Shown in pieces: positions 9,218 through 19,142 of a stretch of 64,000 bases of DNA. The position numbers were made by a program, and so were the translations under genes. The stretch is from NCBI GenBank assembly GCA_025059235.1, contig JANXCV010000001.1:207204-271203 (forward strand), written 5' to 3'. The notes under the pieces are model-generated. The model saw only the letters and a program-made list of their open reading frames with translations. It had not been told where the DNA came from and did no database searches. Source of the stretch: Candidatus Calescibacterium sp. (GTDB taxonomy: Bacteria; DRYD01). Numbering within the stretch: position 1 is the first letter of the stretch; each line of letters starts with the position of its first letter.

Positions 9218-10954
9218 ATGTTAGAACAAAAGATAAGAGAAGAATTGGGTGAAATACTGGTAAGAAAAGAGTATATTACCAAAAAGCAACTAGAAAAAGC
9301 TATCAAAAAAGCAGAAGAAGAGAACAAAGAGCTAGACAAAGCAATAGTAGAACTCGGTTATATAACCGAAAAAGAAATATATCAGGTTTTGGCTGAAGAA
9401 CTGGGATTCGAATTCATAGATCTATCTGAAATAGAACTAAGAACAGAACTAGCTCAGTTTTTACCAGACAATATAGCAAAAAGATATAATGCAGTTCCAA
9501 TAAGGTTTGACGGGGAAAAGCTTGTTGTTGCCATGATTGATCCCCTAGATACCAATGCAGTAGACGATATCATGTTGATGACAGGACTAGAAATAGAAAC
9601 CGTAATGGCTACCGAAACAGACATCAGAAGAGCTATAAACAGAATATATGGCAGTGCAGAAATAGCAGAAGCCGATGAACTAGCATCTTCTATAGCAGAA
9701 ATTGACATAGGCGAACTATCAAACCTAGAGATAGGAGAATTAGAAGAAGAAGAAATATCGGTTGACAAACTGAGAGAAATGGTGGATGAAGCACCGATAG
9801 TTAAACTCGTGAACCAAATCATTTTCCATGCTATTTCTGACAGAGCCTCGGATATTCACATAGAACCTTGGCCAAAAGAAGTAGTCGTAAGATATAGAAT
9901 GGATGGTATACTCCACGAAATAATGAGAATTCCGAAACACTTACTGGCACCAATGGTATCTAGAATAAAGATCATGTCAGCTCTAGATATAGCCGAAAGA
10001 AGAAGGCCACAGGACGGAAAAATACACCTGAAATACGAAGGTAGAGATTTCGACCTACGGGTATCTACTATTCCAACAGTGAACGGAGAAAAAGTCGTCA
10101 TGAGAATACTTGATAAAAGTTCTGTTATGCTAGGTTTGGACAGATTGGGCTTTATGCCAGATATAAGAGAAAAGTTGGAATGGCTGATTTCAAAACCTTA
10201 CGGGATGATACTTGTAACCGGACCCACGGGTTCAGGTAAGTCAACAACCCTATACGCTTGTCTGAATAAACTGAACCAAGGTACAGTAAATATCAGCACA
10301 GTAGAAGACCCAGTTGAGTATCAGATCCAAGGTATAAACCAGGTTCAGGTAAATCCTAAAGCTGGTGTTACATTTGCTTCTGCACTGAGAGCTTTTCTGA
10401 GACAAGACCCTGACATAATAATGGTTGGTGAGATACGGGACCATGAGACCGCTCAAATAGCAGTCGAAGCAGCTCTAACTGGACACCTGGTACTTTCTAC
10501 TCTACACACCAACGACGCCCCCTCCGCAGCAACAAGATTAATAGAAATGGGAATAGAACCATTCTTAGTAGCATCAGCAGTGGTCGGTGTTCTCGCTCAA
10601 AGGTTAGCCAGAACAATATGTACAGCATGTAAAGAACCCTATGTTCCACCCAAAGAAGCTCTCAAAGACATAGGTCTAGCATATACCGAGGAAGAAATAG
10701 TTTTCTATAAAGGAAGAGGTTGTGAAGTTTGCAAAGGTACTGGATACAAAGGAAGAACAGGTATACATGAACTACTTATCATCTCTGACGCAGCAAGAGA
10801 AGTAATATTAAGAAGAGGTAGTGCAAACGAAATAAAGAGAGCCGTATTAGAAGAAGGATTTAAAACTCTGCAAGACGACGCAATAAGAAAAGTGTTAGAA
10901 GGAATAATTACAGTTGAAGAAGCACTAAGAGTAGTATTCATGGGAAATGCCTAG
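9218..10954 (+). CDS. pilB: Type IV pilus / T2SS assembly ATPase (PilB/GspE family)
   Basis: 578 aa. N-terminal T2SSE_N-type domain. Walker A LVTGPTGSGKSTT. Asp and His boxes (RQDPDIIMVGEIRD, TGHLVLSTLHTND). Tetracysteine cluster CTACKE...GRGCEVCKGTGYKGRTGIHELL. Confidence 0.9.
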   Translation: MLEQKIREELGEILVRKEYITKKQLEKAIKKAEEENKELDKAIVELGYITEKEIYQVLAEELGFEFIDLSEIELRTELAQFLPDNIAKRYNAVPIRFDGEKLVVAMIDPLDTNAVDDIMLMTGLEIETVMATETDIRRAINRIYGSAEIAEADELASSIAEIDIGELSNLEIGELEEEEISVDKLREMVDEAPIVKLVNQIIFHAISDRASDIHIEPWPKEVVVRYRMDGILHEIMRIPKHLLAPMVSRIKIMSALDIAERRRPQDGKIHLKYEGRDFDLRVSTIPTVNGEKVVMRILDKSSVMLGLDRLGFMPDIREKLEWLISKPYGMILVTGPTGSGKSTTLYACLNKLNQGTVNISTVEDPVEYQIQGINQVQVNPKAGVTFASALRAFLRQDPDIIMVGEIRDHETAQIAVEAALTGHLVLSTLHTNDAPSAATRLIEMGIEPFLVASAVVGVLAQRLARTICTACKEPYVPPKEALKDIGLAYTEEEIVFYKGRGCEVCKGTGYKGRTGIHELLIISDAAREVILRRGSANEIKRAVLEEGFKTLQDDAIRKVLEGIITVEEALRVVFMGNA

Positions 10955-10956
10955 GT

Positions 10957-11757
10957 ATGCTAGATCAATGGGTTAAATGTGAAAAGTGTAGCTCTATCAT
11001 AAACAAAATCGATCTCGAAGAGAATTTATGGATATGTACCAAATGTAATAAACATCTGTATATCAGTGCAAGAAAGAGAATAGAAATAACATTCTTAGAT
11101 TTCAAGGAGATGTATCAGGATATAAAACCCCTGGATTTTCTGAATTTTGAAGATTATTCCAAAAAGATAAAAATGGATAGTCAAAAGCTAGGGATAGAAG
11201 ACGCTATAATAGTAGGTACAGCTTATCTACGAGAGGATATAGGTAAGGATTATTTAATAGGAGTAGGAGTTATGGACTTTGGTTTCAGAGGAGGTTCAAT
11301 GGGAAGCGTCGTCGGACAAAAAATATACCTCATAGCTCAATACTGCTACGATAATGAAATACCACTAGTTATATTTTCTGCTTCTGGTGGTGCTAGAATG
11401 CAGGAAGGCATAGTCTCACTAATGCAAATGGCTAAAACTGTAAGTATGATAAACAGACTTAAATCCAGAAGGGTTCCGTTTATAAACGTGGTTACTAATC
11501 CTACAACCGGTGGGGTGGCAGCAAGCTTTGTCGGTCTTGCAGATATAATAATCTCCGAACCCGAAGCCATAATAGGATTCGCAGGACAAAGAGTAATAGA
11601 ACAAACAATAAAAAGAAAATTACCCCCCAATTTCCAAACAGCAGAATTTAACCTGGAAAACGGATTAATAGATTACGTAATAGATCGAAGAAAAATAGGT
11701 ACCTTTATACTAAAATTCGTCAGTTCTTTTTACAAATGGAAAAGTAAATATGTCTAA
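10957..11757 (+). CDS. accD: Acetyl-CoA carboxylase carboxyltransferase beta subunit
   Basis: N-terminal zinc ribbon WVKCEKCSSII...WICTKCNKHLYISARKRIE. Carboxyltransferase core GGSMGSVVG, FSASGGARMQEG, SLMQMAKT, PTTGGVAASF, IGFAGQRVIEQT. No accA is adjacent. Confidence 0.9.
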   Translation: MLDQWVKCEKCSSIINKIDLEENLWICTKCNKHLYISARKRIEITFLDFKEMYQDIKPLDFLNFEDYSKKIKMDSQKLGIEDAIIVGTAYLREDIGKDYLIGVGVMDFGFRGGSMGSVVGQKIYLIAQYCYDNEIPLVIFSASGGARMQEGIVSLMQMAKTVSMINRLKSRRVPFINVVTNPTTGGVAASFVGLADIIISEPEAIIGFAGQRVIEQTIKRKLPPNFQTAEFNLENGLIDYVIDRRKIGTFILKFVSSFYKWKSKYV

Positions 11758-13126
11758 ATTTCCCCTCAGTTTCTGCCAAGAAATAATCCAATTTGCCATA
11801 TCAACAAAAATAATTGACAAAAAACAAATCTCAAAAGTAAAGAAATTTTTTAAACAAATTTCGTCATATTCAAAAGAAGTAATAAACCAAATAGAGACCG
11901 AAGATTATTTGAAAGATATGTTCTCAAAGGAACAATTTTTAGAAATCTACAGTCTATACCTTTCTCAAAACGATAGACACATAAAAGAGCTGTTCGTTGA
12001 TATACCCTATATAGATTTGGATGAGATAGATATCAACATAGAAGAATTAGCTGAAGTAAACGAAAAGATAAAAAAAATCGTACAGAAAAGTTATGCTTTT
12101 GTAATAAAAACCAAGGAAAAGAACTATTTGGTAATTTCTCTTCCCTTGGATAGAGCAACTTACAATGATATTAGAAATACTATTGGCCCATATAAACTTG
12201 TTGTAGGTTATCCCTATGATGTCTTTAAAATTTGTAATAAAATAATCGAAAAAATAGCAGAGAAATTTCTTGAATCTACATCATCTATGATCCAGCATGA
12301 TATAATAAGACTAGTTAACTTTGAAAAATCGCTGATTGATATCCCAAGTAAACCTCAAATCTCGTTAAGGGATATAAAAATAAACTTACCTGATTTGAAT
12401 GAGAGAAAATTTGCGGACACCAGCATTAGTAGAAAAGATCGTTTACAAAATCTTATGAAAAAGAAGTTTGTGATTATCGGATCTCCTTCTACAAACGATC
12501 CAGAGATAGTAAAAGCTTTCATAGAGGGAGGAATAGAAGCTATTAAGCTTCATCTGAATATAACACATCCCGTAAGTCATAAGAAGATGGGTTCATACAA
12601 AAATGAAAAACAAAAAATATTGAGCTTAGTAGTTGAATATCCTTCAGTTGTGTGGGGAATAGTTCCCGGTAATTTACTTACTGATAGAGAATCTTTTCAA
12701 GAGATTGATTATTCAGAATTGGAAGCTTTTTTTGATTTTATAGATTTGTTTTATCATTCGTATACCTCTCATTATTTGTTGTCTGGTCTAGAAAAGATAG
12801 TTGCTATTGACAAAGTTATAACAAAAGAAGAGCTGGATGTATTTAGCAAATATAAATTTTTGGCAATAGAAGCATCTATTGTGGACAAGAGCTTTTATGG
12901 GTTTCCCCTTACACTTAAGGATATAACAGATTATAGAAGACTGATTGAGAATACGGATATACCTGTATTTATTCCTACTCAGAAGAAAATTATTCCCTCT
13001 GATATAAAAATTTTGTATAGTATCGGTGCTAGAGGAATAGTATTAGGACAAATCTCTACTTCGTTCGAAATAGATAAGATTAGGAAGACTGTCAGTGAAT
13101 TCTTAGAATACTCTCATAGGATATAG
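11750..13126 (+). CDS. Hypothetical protein: T2SSE_N-like N-terminal domain fused to a TIM-barrel-like C-terminal domain
   Basis: 458 aa, with an 8-nt overlap with accD. The segment IPYIDLDEIDINIEELAEVNEKIKKIVQKSYAFVIKTKEKNYLVISLPLD...YKLVVGYPYDVFKI follows the pattern of the GspE/PilB N-terminal domain. The C-terminal half (FVIIGSPSTNDPEIVKAFIEGGIEAIKLHLN...IGARGIVLGQ) looks like alternating beta/alpha units. The domain calls are by eye only. Confidence 0.45.
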   Translation: MSKFPLSFCQEIIQFAISTKIIDKKQISKVKKFFKQISSYSKEVINQIETEDYLKDMFSKEQFLEIYSLYLSQNDRHIKELFVDIPYIDLDEIDINIEELAEVNEKIKKIVQKSYAFVIKTKEKNYLVISLPLDRATYNDIRNTIGPYKLVVGYPYDVFKICNKIIEKIAEKFLESTSSMIQHDIIRLVNFEKSLIDIPSKPQISLRDIKINLPDLNERKFADTSISRKDRLQNLMKKKFVIIGSPSTNDPEIVKAFIEGGIEAIKLHLNITHPVSHKKMGSYKNEKQKILSLVVEYPSVVWGIVPGNLLTDRESFQEIDYSELEAFFDFIDLFYHSYTSHYLLSGLEKIVAIDKVITKEELDVFSKYKFLAIEASIVDKSFYGFPLTLKDITDYRRLIENTDIPVFIPTQKKIIPSDIKILYSIGARGIVLGQISTSFEIDKIRKTVSEFLEYSHRI

Positions 13127-13130
13127 ATCC

Positions 13131-14066
13131 ATGTTAGATATATCAGTTGTTATTCCTGCTTATAACGAAGAAAAATATATCCTGAATTCTTTAAAGTCTC
13201 TCATAAATCAATCCATGGCAACTAAGATAAATTATGAAGTGATAATAGTTGATAATAATAGTGAAGATAGAACGAAGGAAAAGGTATGCGAGTTTATAAA
13301 TTACTTCAATAACAAGAAGAAAATAGAAAGTAGTAATGTAGAGTTTTTGTTAATAGAGGAGCCTAGGAGAGGGGTTGCTTTTGCAAGAGAAACCGGATTT
13401 AGAAAAGCTCGAGGTAAAATAATCGCAACCACTGATGCCGACTGTATAGTCTCTCCCCTATGGATAAGAACAATATACAACATATTTAAGTATAACTACG
13501 ATTATCTCTATTATCAATTCCTTCAAAATTTCCCAAGAAAGATAAGAAAAAGAATAATCAATAACGTAAATAAACCTATAGTTGCTGCTACAGGTTTGAT
13601 AAAATTTTACGATGATGATACATATGAGTTAAAAGTGATTAATAAGTTAATCCCTGTGTTTTTAGGATTGGGTAATTTTTTCTGGTTATTTCCAGCTCTA
13701 CACGGTTCAAATTTTGCAGTTCGTAAGGATTACTTCGAAATCGTCGGAGGTTTTAATACTAATCTCAAAACCGGTGAAGACTTAGATCTAGGAGTAAAAC
13801 TGTCAAAATATGGAAGAATAGTTTTTTTACCATCTATAGTCTATTCTTCCTCGAGAAGATTTAGAAAAAATCTTCTTAAAGCTGTATTGATATATACCTT
13901 TGGAAATTTTCTTTCTCATAGGATATTTGGAAAACCAATGATAAATGAGTTAGATTTGGCAAGAGGAGAAAGAGATATATTATATCCAGATAAAATTAAG
14001 CAAAAAATAAAGGAAATAGTTGAAGAATTAAAAGAAAAACTTAGTAATAACCATCTCAGGAAATAG
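13131..14066 (+). CDS. Family 2 glycosyltransferase
   Basis: ISVVIPAYNEEKYI, IIVDNNSEDRT and a DxD-like ATTDADC are typical of the GT-A fold GT2 N-terminal domain. Confidence 0.8.
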   Translation: MLDISVVIPAYNEEKYILNSLKSLINQSMATKINYEVIIVDNNSEDRTKEKVCEFINYFNNKKKIESSNVEFLLIEEPRRGVAFARETGFRKARGKIIATTDADCIVSPLWIRTIYNIFKYNYDYLYYQFLQNFPRKIRKRIINNVNKPIVAATGLIKFYDDDTYELKVINKLIPVFLGLGNFFWLFPALHGSNFAVRKDYFEIVGGFNTNLKTGEDLDLGVKLSKYGRIVFLPSIVYSSSRRFRKNLLKAVLIYTFGNFLSHRIFGKPMINELDLARGERDILYPDKIKQKIKEIVEELKEKLSNNHLRK

Positions 14067-14082
14067 AGTAGGAGGGGTAAAC

Positions 14083-16713
14083 ATGGAAGACTTTGTAAAT
14101 ATTATGGACGGTAATAAATATATTGATTTGAAAAGAGTTCCAAATATTGAATATTTGCCCTTTTGTATTAGGATAATCTTGGAAAATATTCTAAGAAATT
14201 ATGACGGTTTTAAGGTGAACGATGAGCATGTTGAGACTATTCTTAGGTACAATGCCAAGGATGTTCCTGATAGGGAGATTCCGTTTTGTCCAAATAGGAT
14301 TTTGGCTCAGGATTTTACGGGGGTACCGTTGATAGTTGATCTTGCTTCTTTGAGGTCTGCAGTAGCTTCAAAAGGCAAGGATCCTTCATTAGTGAACCCT
14401 CTTATACCAATAGATCTAGTTATCGATCATTCAGTGATCGTAGAAAGCTACGGAAATTACCTTTCCCTGTCAAAAAATGTAGAATTGGAGTATGAACAGA
14501 ACAAGGAAAGATATATTTTCTTGAAATGGGCTCAGAAAAGTTTCAAAAATCTACTTTTGATTCCTCCATCAACAGGAATATGTCATCAGATAAACTTAGA
14601 GTACTTATCCAAGGTTGTTTGGGTTTCTGATGGGTTTGTTTTTCCGGATACCGTCATAGGTACGGATTCACATACTCCTATGGTTAACGGGATAGGGGTG
14701 GTTGGATGGGGTGTTGGCGGTATTGAAGCTGAAGCTGTTGCTCTTGGACAACCCCTATACTTTAGCGTCCCAGAAGTTATAGGTCTAAAACTCATAGGAA
14801 ATCTAAATGAAAAGGTAACAGCTACCGATTTAGTCCTACATATTACCGAATTGCTCAGAAGGTATGGGGTTGTGGGTAAGTTTGTAGAAGTTTTTGGACC
14901 AGGGTTGGATAATTTAAGTGTTCCCGATAGAGCAACTATTTCAAACATGTCTCCCGAGTTCGGATCTACCATAACTTATTTCCCCATCGATTCCAAAACC
15001 TTAGAGTATCTTAAACTTACCAACAGACCATCTGAATTGATAAATCTAATAGAAAGATATACTAAAGAAAATCTTCTATGGAGGGAAAGTGAGGAAAAGA
15101 TTATATACACTGATGTCATAGAGGTTGATTTATCTGAGGTTGAGCCATGTGTAGCCGGTCCTCGTCGCCCACAGGATAAAGTAAAACTCCAAAATCTAAA
15201 AAGTGTCTTCTTTGATAATTTGAAAACCTATAGAAAGGAAGGTGCTGCAGTTCTTACTAAGGTAAAAGTAAAAATTGGTGATGAGGAGACAGAAATAAAG
15301 GATGGAGATATCGTGATAGCTGCTATAACAAGTTGTACCAATACTTCAAATCCGTTTGTGATGTTAGGAGCAGGTTTATTAGCTAAAAAGGCTGTCCAAA
15401 GGGGATTGACAGTTAAAAAGCACGTAAAAACAACATTAGCACCGGGATCCAAAGTGGTTACCAGATATTTAGAAGAGGCCGGTTTAATGCCCTATCTTGA
15501 AGCTCTGAGATTTTTTGTTTCAGGCTACGGATGTACCACTTGTATAGGTAATTCTGGAAGTTTAAACCCAGAAATTTCTAGAGCGATAGCAGAAAATGGT
15601 TTGGTAGTGGCTGCCGTCCTTTCTGGGAATAGAAATTTTGAAGCAAGGATTCATCCATTAGTCAGAATGAATTTTCTAGCTTCACCTATCCTAGTTATAG
15701 CTTTTGCTATCGCTGGAACCATACATATCGATATATTTAATGATCCGATAGGTTATGATCCTCTAAATAAACCTGTTTATTTAACCGAAATTCTACCTAC
15801 CAATCAGGAAATATACGATTTAATCAAAAAGGTAGTTAAATCAGAGTTTTTTAAAGAAGTATACCAAGGGATAATCGAGGGAGATGAGAATTGGAAGACG
15901 TTGCTGTCTTATTCAAGTGAACTCTATCCGTTTGACGATAAATCTACCTATATAAAGAAGGCTCCTTTCTTTGATGATGAATTCCTAAACTTTAACCCCT
16001 CAGATATTATCGGAGCAAAAGTATTACTGTTGCTAGGTGATAGCGTAACTACTGATCATATTTCTCCTGCTGGAAGTATAAGGGTTGATTCACCTGCAGG
16101 AAAGTACCTCATCTCCTGTGGTGTTGAACCAAAAGATTTCAATTCGTATGGTTCGCGCAGAGGTAATCATGAAGTGATGATAAGAGGGACGTTTGCTAAT
16201 GTTAGACTAAAAAATCGCCTGGTAGATGTAGAAGGAGGCTATACCCTTAAAGATGGACAGATAAAAACCGTTTATGAAGCTGCAATGGAGTATAAACGGG
16301 AAAATATTCCGCTGATTATCATAGCTGGTAAGGAGTATGGTTCAGGGTCATCTAGGGACTGGGCAGCAAAAGGAACCAGGTTGCTCGGCATAAGAGCCGT
16401 TATTGCCGAAAGCTTTGAAAGAATCCATAGAAGTAACCTGGTAGGCATGGGAGTATTACCCCTGCAATTCATAAAGCATCAGGATTATATCGATTTAAAT
16501 ACTCCAGAAATATCCAACTACTCATTTAACATACTTGGCCTGGACAATATCTATCCTAAAAAAATACTTAAGGTACAGGTAATTAACAAGGAACAACATA
16601 TTCTAAAAGAATTTGAAGTAATTCTTAGATTGGATTCAAAAGTCGAGGTAGAATACTATCTAAACGGAGGTATTCTACAATATGTAATGAAGAAGAATTT
16701 CTTAAGGCAATGA
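14083..16713 (+). CDS. acnA: Aconitate hydratase A
   Basis: 876 aa with ILAQDFTGVP, GTDSHTPMVNG, ITSCTNTSNP, GYGCTTCIGNSG, TTDHISPAG and GSGSSRDWAAKG. GGAGGGG lies upstream of the ATG. Confidence 0.95.
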   Translation: MEDFVNIMDGNKYIDLKRVPNIEYLPFCIRIILENILRNYDGFKVNDEHVETILRYNAKDVPDREIPFCPNRILAQDFTGVPLIVDLASLRSAVASKGKDPSLVNPLIPIDLVIDHSVIVESYGNYLSLSKNVELEYEQNKERYIFLKWAQKSFKNLLLIPPSTGICHQINLEYLSKVVWVSDGFVFPDTVIGTDSHTPMVNGIGVVGWGVGGIEAEAVALGQPLYFSVPEVIGLKLIGNLNEKVTATDLVLHITELLRRYGVVGKFVEVFGPGLDNLSVPDRATISNMSPEFGSTITYFPIDSKTLEYLKLTNRPSELINLIERYTKENLLWRESEEKIIYTDVIEVDLSEVEPCVAGPRRPQDKVKLQNLKSVFFDNLKTYRKEGAAVLTKVKVKIGDEETEIKDGDIVIAAITSCTNTSNPFVMLGAGLLAKKAVQRGLTVKKHVKTTLAPGSKVVTRYLEEAGLMPYLEALRFFVSGYGCTTCIGNSGSLNPEISRAIAENGLVVAAVLSGNRNFEARIHPLVRMNFLASPILVIAFAIAGTIHIDIFNDPIGYDPLNKPVYLTEILPTNQEIYDLIKKVVKSEFFKEVYQGIIEGDENWKTLLSYSSELYPFDDKSTYIKKAPFFDDEFLNFNPSDIIGAKVLLLLGDSVTTDHISPAGSIRVDSPAGKYLISCGVEPKDFNSYGSRRGNHEVMIRGTFANVRLKNRLVDVEGGYTLKDGQIKTVYEAAMEYKRENIPLIIIAGKEYGSGSSRDWAAKGTRLLGIRAVIAESFERIHRSNLVGMGVLPLQFIKHQDYIDLNTPEISNYSFNILGLDNIYPKKILKVQVINKEQHILKEFEVILRLDSKVEVEYYLNGGILQYVMKKNFLRQ

Positions 16714-18860
16714 ATTATTCTGAACTTGAAAGAAAACGAAAGAAAATAGAGCTATTAGCAAAACTAGTAAAAATTTACGGATTTTTATTCAATACAATAG
16801 ATGTAGTTATTTTTAGGATCGATCCCATAACGTATGGAGTAAAACAAGTAATAGGGAACGTCAAAAAATTTTTTGGAGTCAAAAAAGTCGATATAATCAA
16901 GGATAGAGAATGGATTTTGAAAAATGTCTTGCTTGCTGATGGTGAAATTTTTTGTGATGGTAAAAAATTAAAAAGAACGAAATATTTTTTTCGAGATATC
17001 TGGATTTCACACAATTGTTATAAGGTGATTAATTTTCGCCTACCCAATGGGTTTCAAAGAAGAGTAAAATTTATGTGGAATATCTACAAAGAAAATGTAT
17101 TTATTGTCTGTTTGGATATAACCAAAGAAGTTGAAATGATACAGGATTTGGAAAGGAAGGAAGCCTTTTTGAATTCTCTTATAAATTCTATACCCCACGG
17201 CATAATTCTAGTTGACTCTGAAAAATTAAAAGTCATAAGACATAAGACAAGTGTTAATACTGCTGATATATGCAGGATGATGGGGATTAAGGATGGTGTT
17301 TCACTATATGATATTCTCCCCCCAGATAGGCTTAATTTCATAAAGTATAATATCGATTACGTGAGAATGAGTGGAAAATATAGAGTGGAGCTGATAGACA
17401 TTCAGATTCTCACTGATAAGGAAGAAACTATTAAGAAAATAATACAGTTGACTTTTACTAAGGTAGATGATATGAATGTGTTAATTCTGGTGAACGACGT
17501 AACCGAATTTTTTCAGCTAAAGGAAAAATATGAGTATTTATCGTTACATGATCCCTTGACAGATCTACCTAACAGGAGATATCTTCTTAAACAGCTTGAA
17601 CATTTGTGTATACAAGCTACTAGGCATGGTAGAAAATTAGCGGTTCTATTCATTGATATAGATAATTTTAAGGAAATTAATGATTTCTATGGTCATGAAA
17701 TAGGGGATAAAGTGCTAATAAAAATTTCCCAAGCAATAAAATATTGCTTAAGGCCAGGTGATGTAGTCGCTAGAATGGGAGGAGATGAATTTATAGCTAT
17801 CCTTGATGATATGTCCAAAGTAGAAGATATTCAGATGGTCTGTAGAAGAATAATGGATAGTTCTAGAAATTTCGCTAAAGATTTAAATATAGATGTTACT
17901 ATCAGTATCGGTGTTTCTGTGTATCCAGACGATACCACCAATCCCGAAGAATTAATAGCTTTTGCCGATATAGCTATGTACAAAGTAAAACAGGAAGGAA
18001 AAAATAATTTTGAATTCTATTCAAAACAATTTTCTGATAAACTTAGAAATAGGGTGAATATGATAAACAGGCTTATAGAGGCAATAAGAAATAGAAGTTT
18101 TCTTGTTTATTACCAACCAGTTGTAGATATAAAGGACATTGAATTTTTTGAAGACGAAGAAAAAATAAGAGAACAGATAGTTAGACGTGATTTGATTATT
18201 GGGGTAGAAGCTCTGGTAAGGTGGATTGATAACGGCAGGTTAATACCTCCTATGGATTTTATTCCCCTTGCTGAAGATACTAATCTTATCGTCCCCATAG
18301 GTATGATAGTTGCTGATATTGCTACGCAGCAAATCTCTCAGATCAACAAAAAACTTTTTATTAACGTTTCATCTAAGGAATTTGATTATCCGCTTTATTT
18401 TGATAACTTTCTGAAAATTCTAGATAAAAATAATTTTGATGCCAGAATGTTAAATATTGAAATAACGGAGAGTGTTATAATGAGGAATATTGAGAGTTTT
18501 ATGAAGAATTTGGAGACCGTTAGAGCTAGAGGTGTCGAAATTTGTATCGATGACTTCGGAACAGGATATTCCTCTTTTTCTTCTTTAATAAATATTCCTG
18601 CAAATACTATAAAGATAGATAAGTTTTTCACTCATTCCATGGATAAGAATGACAAGGTAAAAAGAATAGTCAAGACTATAATAGATATAGCAAATGTTTT
18701 GGGATTTAATGTAGTTGCTGAAGGAGTGGAGACTACTGAGCAGCTCAAGATTTTAAGGGAATATGGCTGTAACTTTGCACAAGGATTCCTATTTTTTAAG
18801 CCTATGCCGTTTGATGAATTAAAGAAAATAATTGCACCTACCGGAAAGGGTGCAATATAA
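16710..18860 (+). CDS. PAS-like sensor with GGDEF diguanylate cyclase and EAL phosphodiesterase domains
   Basis: HDPLTDLPNRR, the intact GGDEF motif (RMGGDEFIAIL), EALVRW, NIEITES and DDFGTGYSS. ATGA overlap with acnA. Confidence 0.9.
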   Translation: MNYSELERKRKKIELLAKLVKIYGFLFNTIDVVIFRIDPITYGVKQVIGNVKKFFGVKKVDIIKDREWILKNVLLADGEIFCDGKKLKRTKYFFRDIWISHNCYKVINFRLPNGFQRRVKFMWNIYKENVFIVCLDITKEVEMIQDLERKEAFLNSLINSIPHGIILVDSEKLKVIRHKTSVNTADICRMMGIKDGVSLYDILPPDRLNFIKYNIDYVRMSGKYRVELIDIQILTDKEETIKKIIQLTFTKVDDMNVLILVNDVTEFFQLKEKYEYLSLHDPLTDLPNRRYLLKQLEHLCIQATRHGRKLAVLFIDIDNFKEINDFYGHEIGDKVLIKISQAIKYCLRPGDVVARMGGDEFIAILDDMSKVEDIQMVCRRIMDSSRNFAKDLNIDVTISIGVSVYPDDTTNPEELIAFADIAMYKVKQEGKNNFEFYSKQFSDKLRNRVNMINRLIEAIRNRSFLVYYQPVVDIKDIEFFEDEEKIREQIVRRDLIIGVEALVRWIDNGRLIPPMDFIPLAEDTNLIVPIGMIVADIATQQISQINKKLFINVSSKEFDYPLYFDNFLKILDKNNFDARMLNIEITESVIMRNIESFMKNLETVRARGVEICIDDFGTGYSSFSSLINIPANTIKIDKFFTHSMDKNDKVKRIVKTIIDIANVLGFNVVAEGVETTEQLKILREYGCNFAQGFLFFKPMPFDELKKIIAPTGKGAI

Positions 18861-18884
18861 ATACCCGGTCAGAAGAAAAACAAA

Positions 18885-19142
18885 ATGGATAAGATAGATG
18901 GGGAATTGATTGAACAGATAGAAAAGAGTGATGAACCGACCATCAGGGTAATAGTTCAAACCTATGATGGTTGTAAGGAGGAAGAGGATAAGAAACTTGT
19001 TAAATCTGTCGGTGGTGAGTATTTGTTTGATTTACCTATCATAAGTGCTTTTGTAGCTAAACTTCCAAAGACAGGAATAAAGTTGTTAGCTTTGAACAAG
19101 AGGGTTAAGAAGATATTTTATGATAAGCCGGTTAGTTTATAA
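18885..19142 (+). CDS. Small protein resembling a stand-alone subtilase propeptide (inhibitor I9-like)
   Basis: 85 aa. IRVIVQTYDG...VKSVGGEYLFDLPIISAFVAKLPKTGIKLLALNKRVKKIFYDKPV follows the I9 pattern (GG-x-v-x-x-f-x-x-i-x-gF-x-A-x-L...L...P-x-V-x-x-I-x-x-D). No peptidase S8 domain follows it. Confidence 0.45.
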   Translation: MDKIDGELIEQIEKSDEPTIRVIVQTYDGCKEEEDKKLVKSVGGEYLFDLPIISAFVAKLPKTGIKLLALNKRVKKIFYDKPVSL

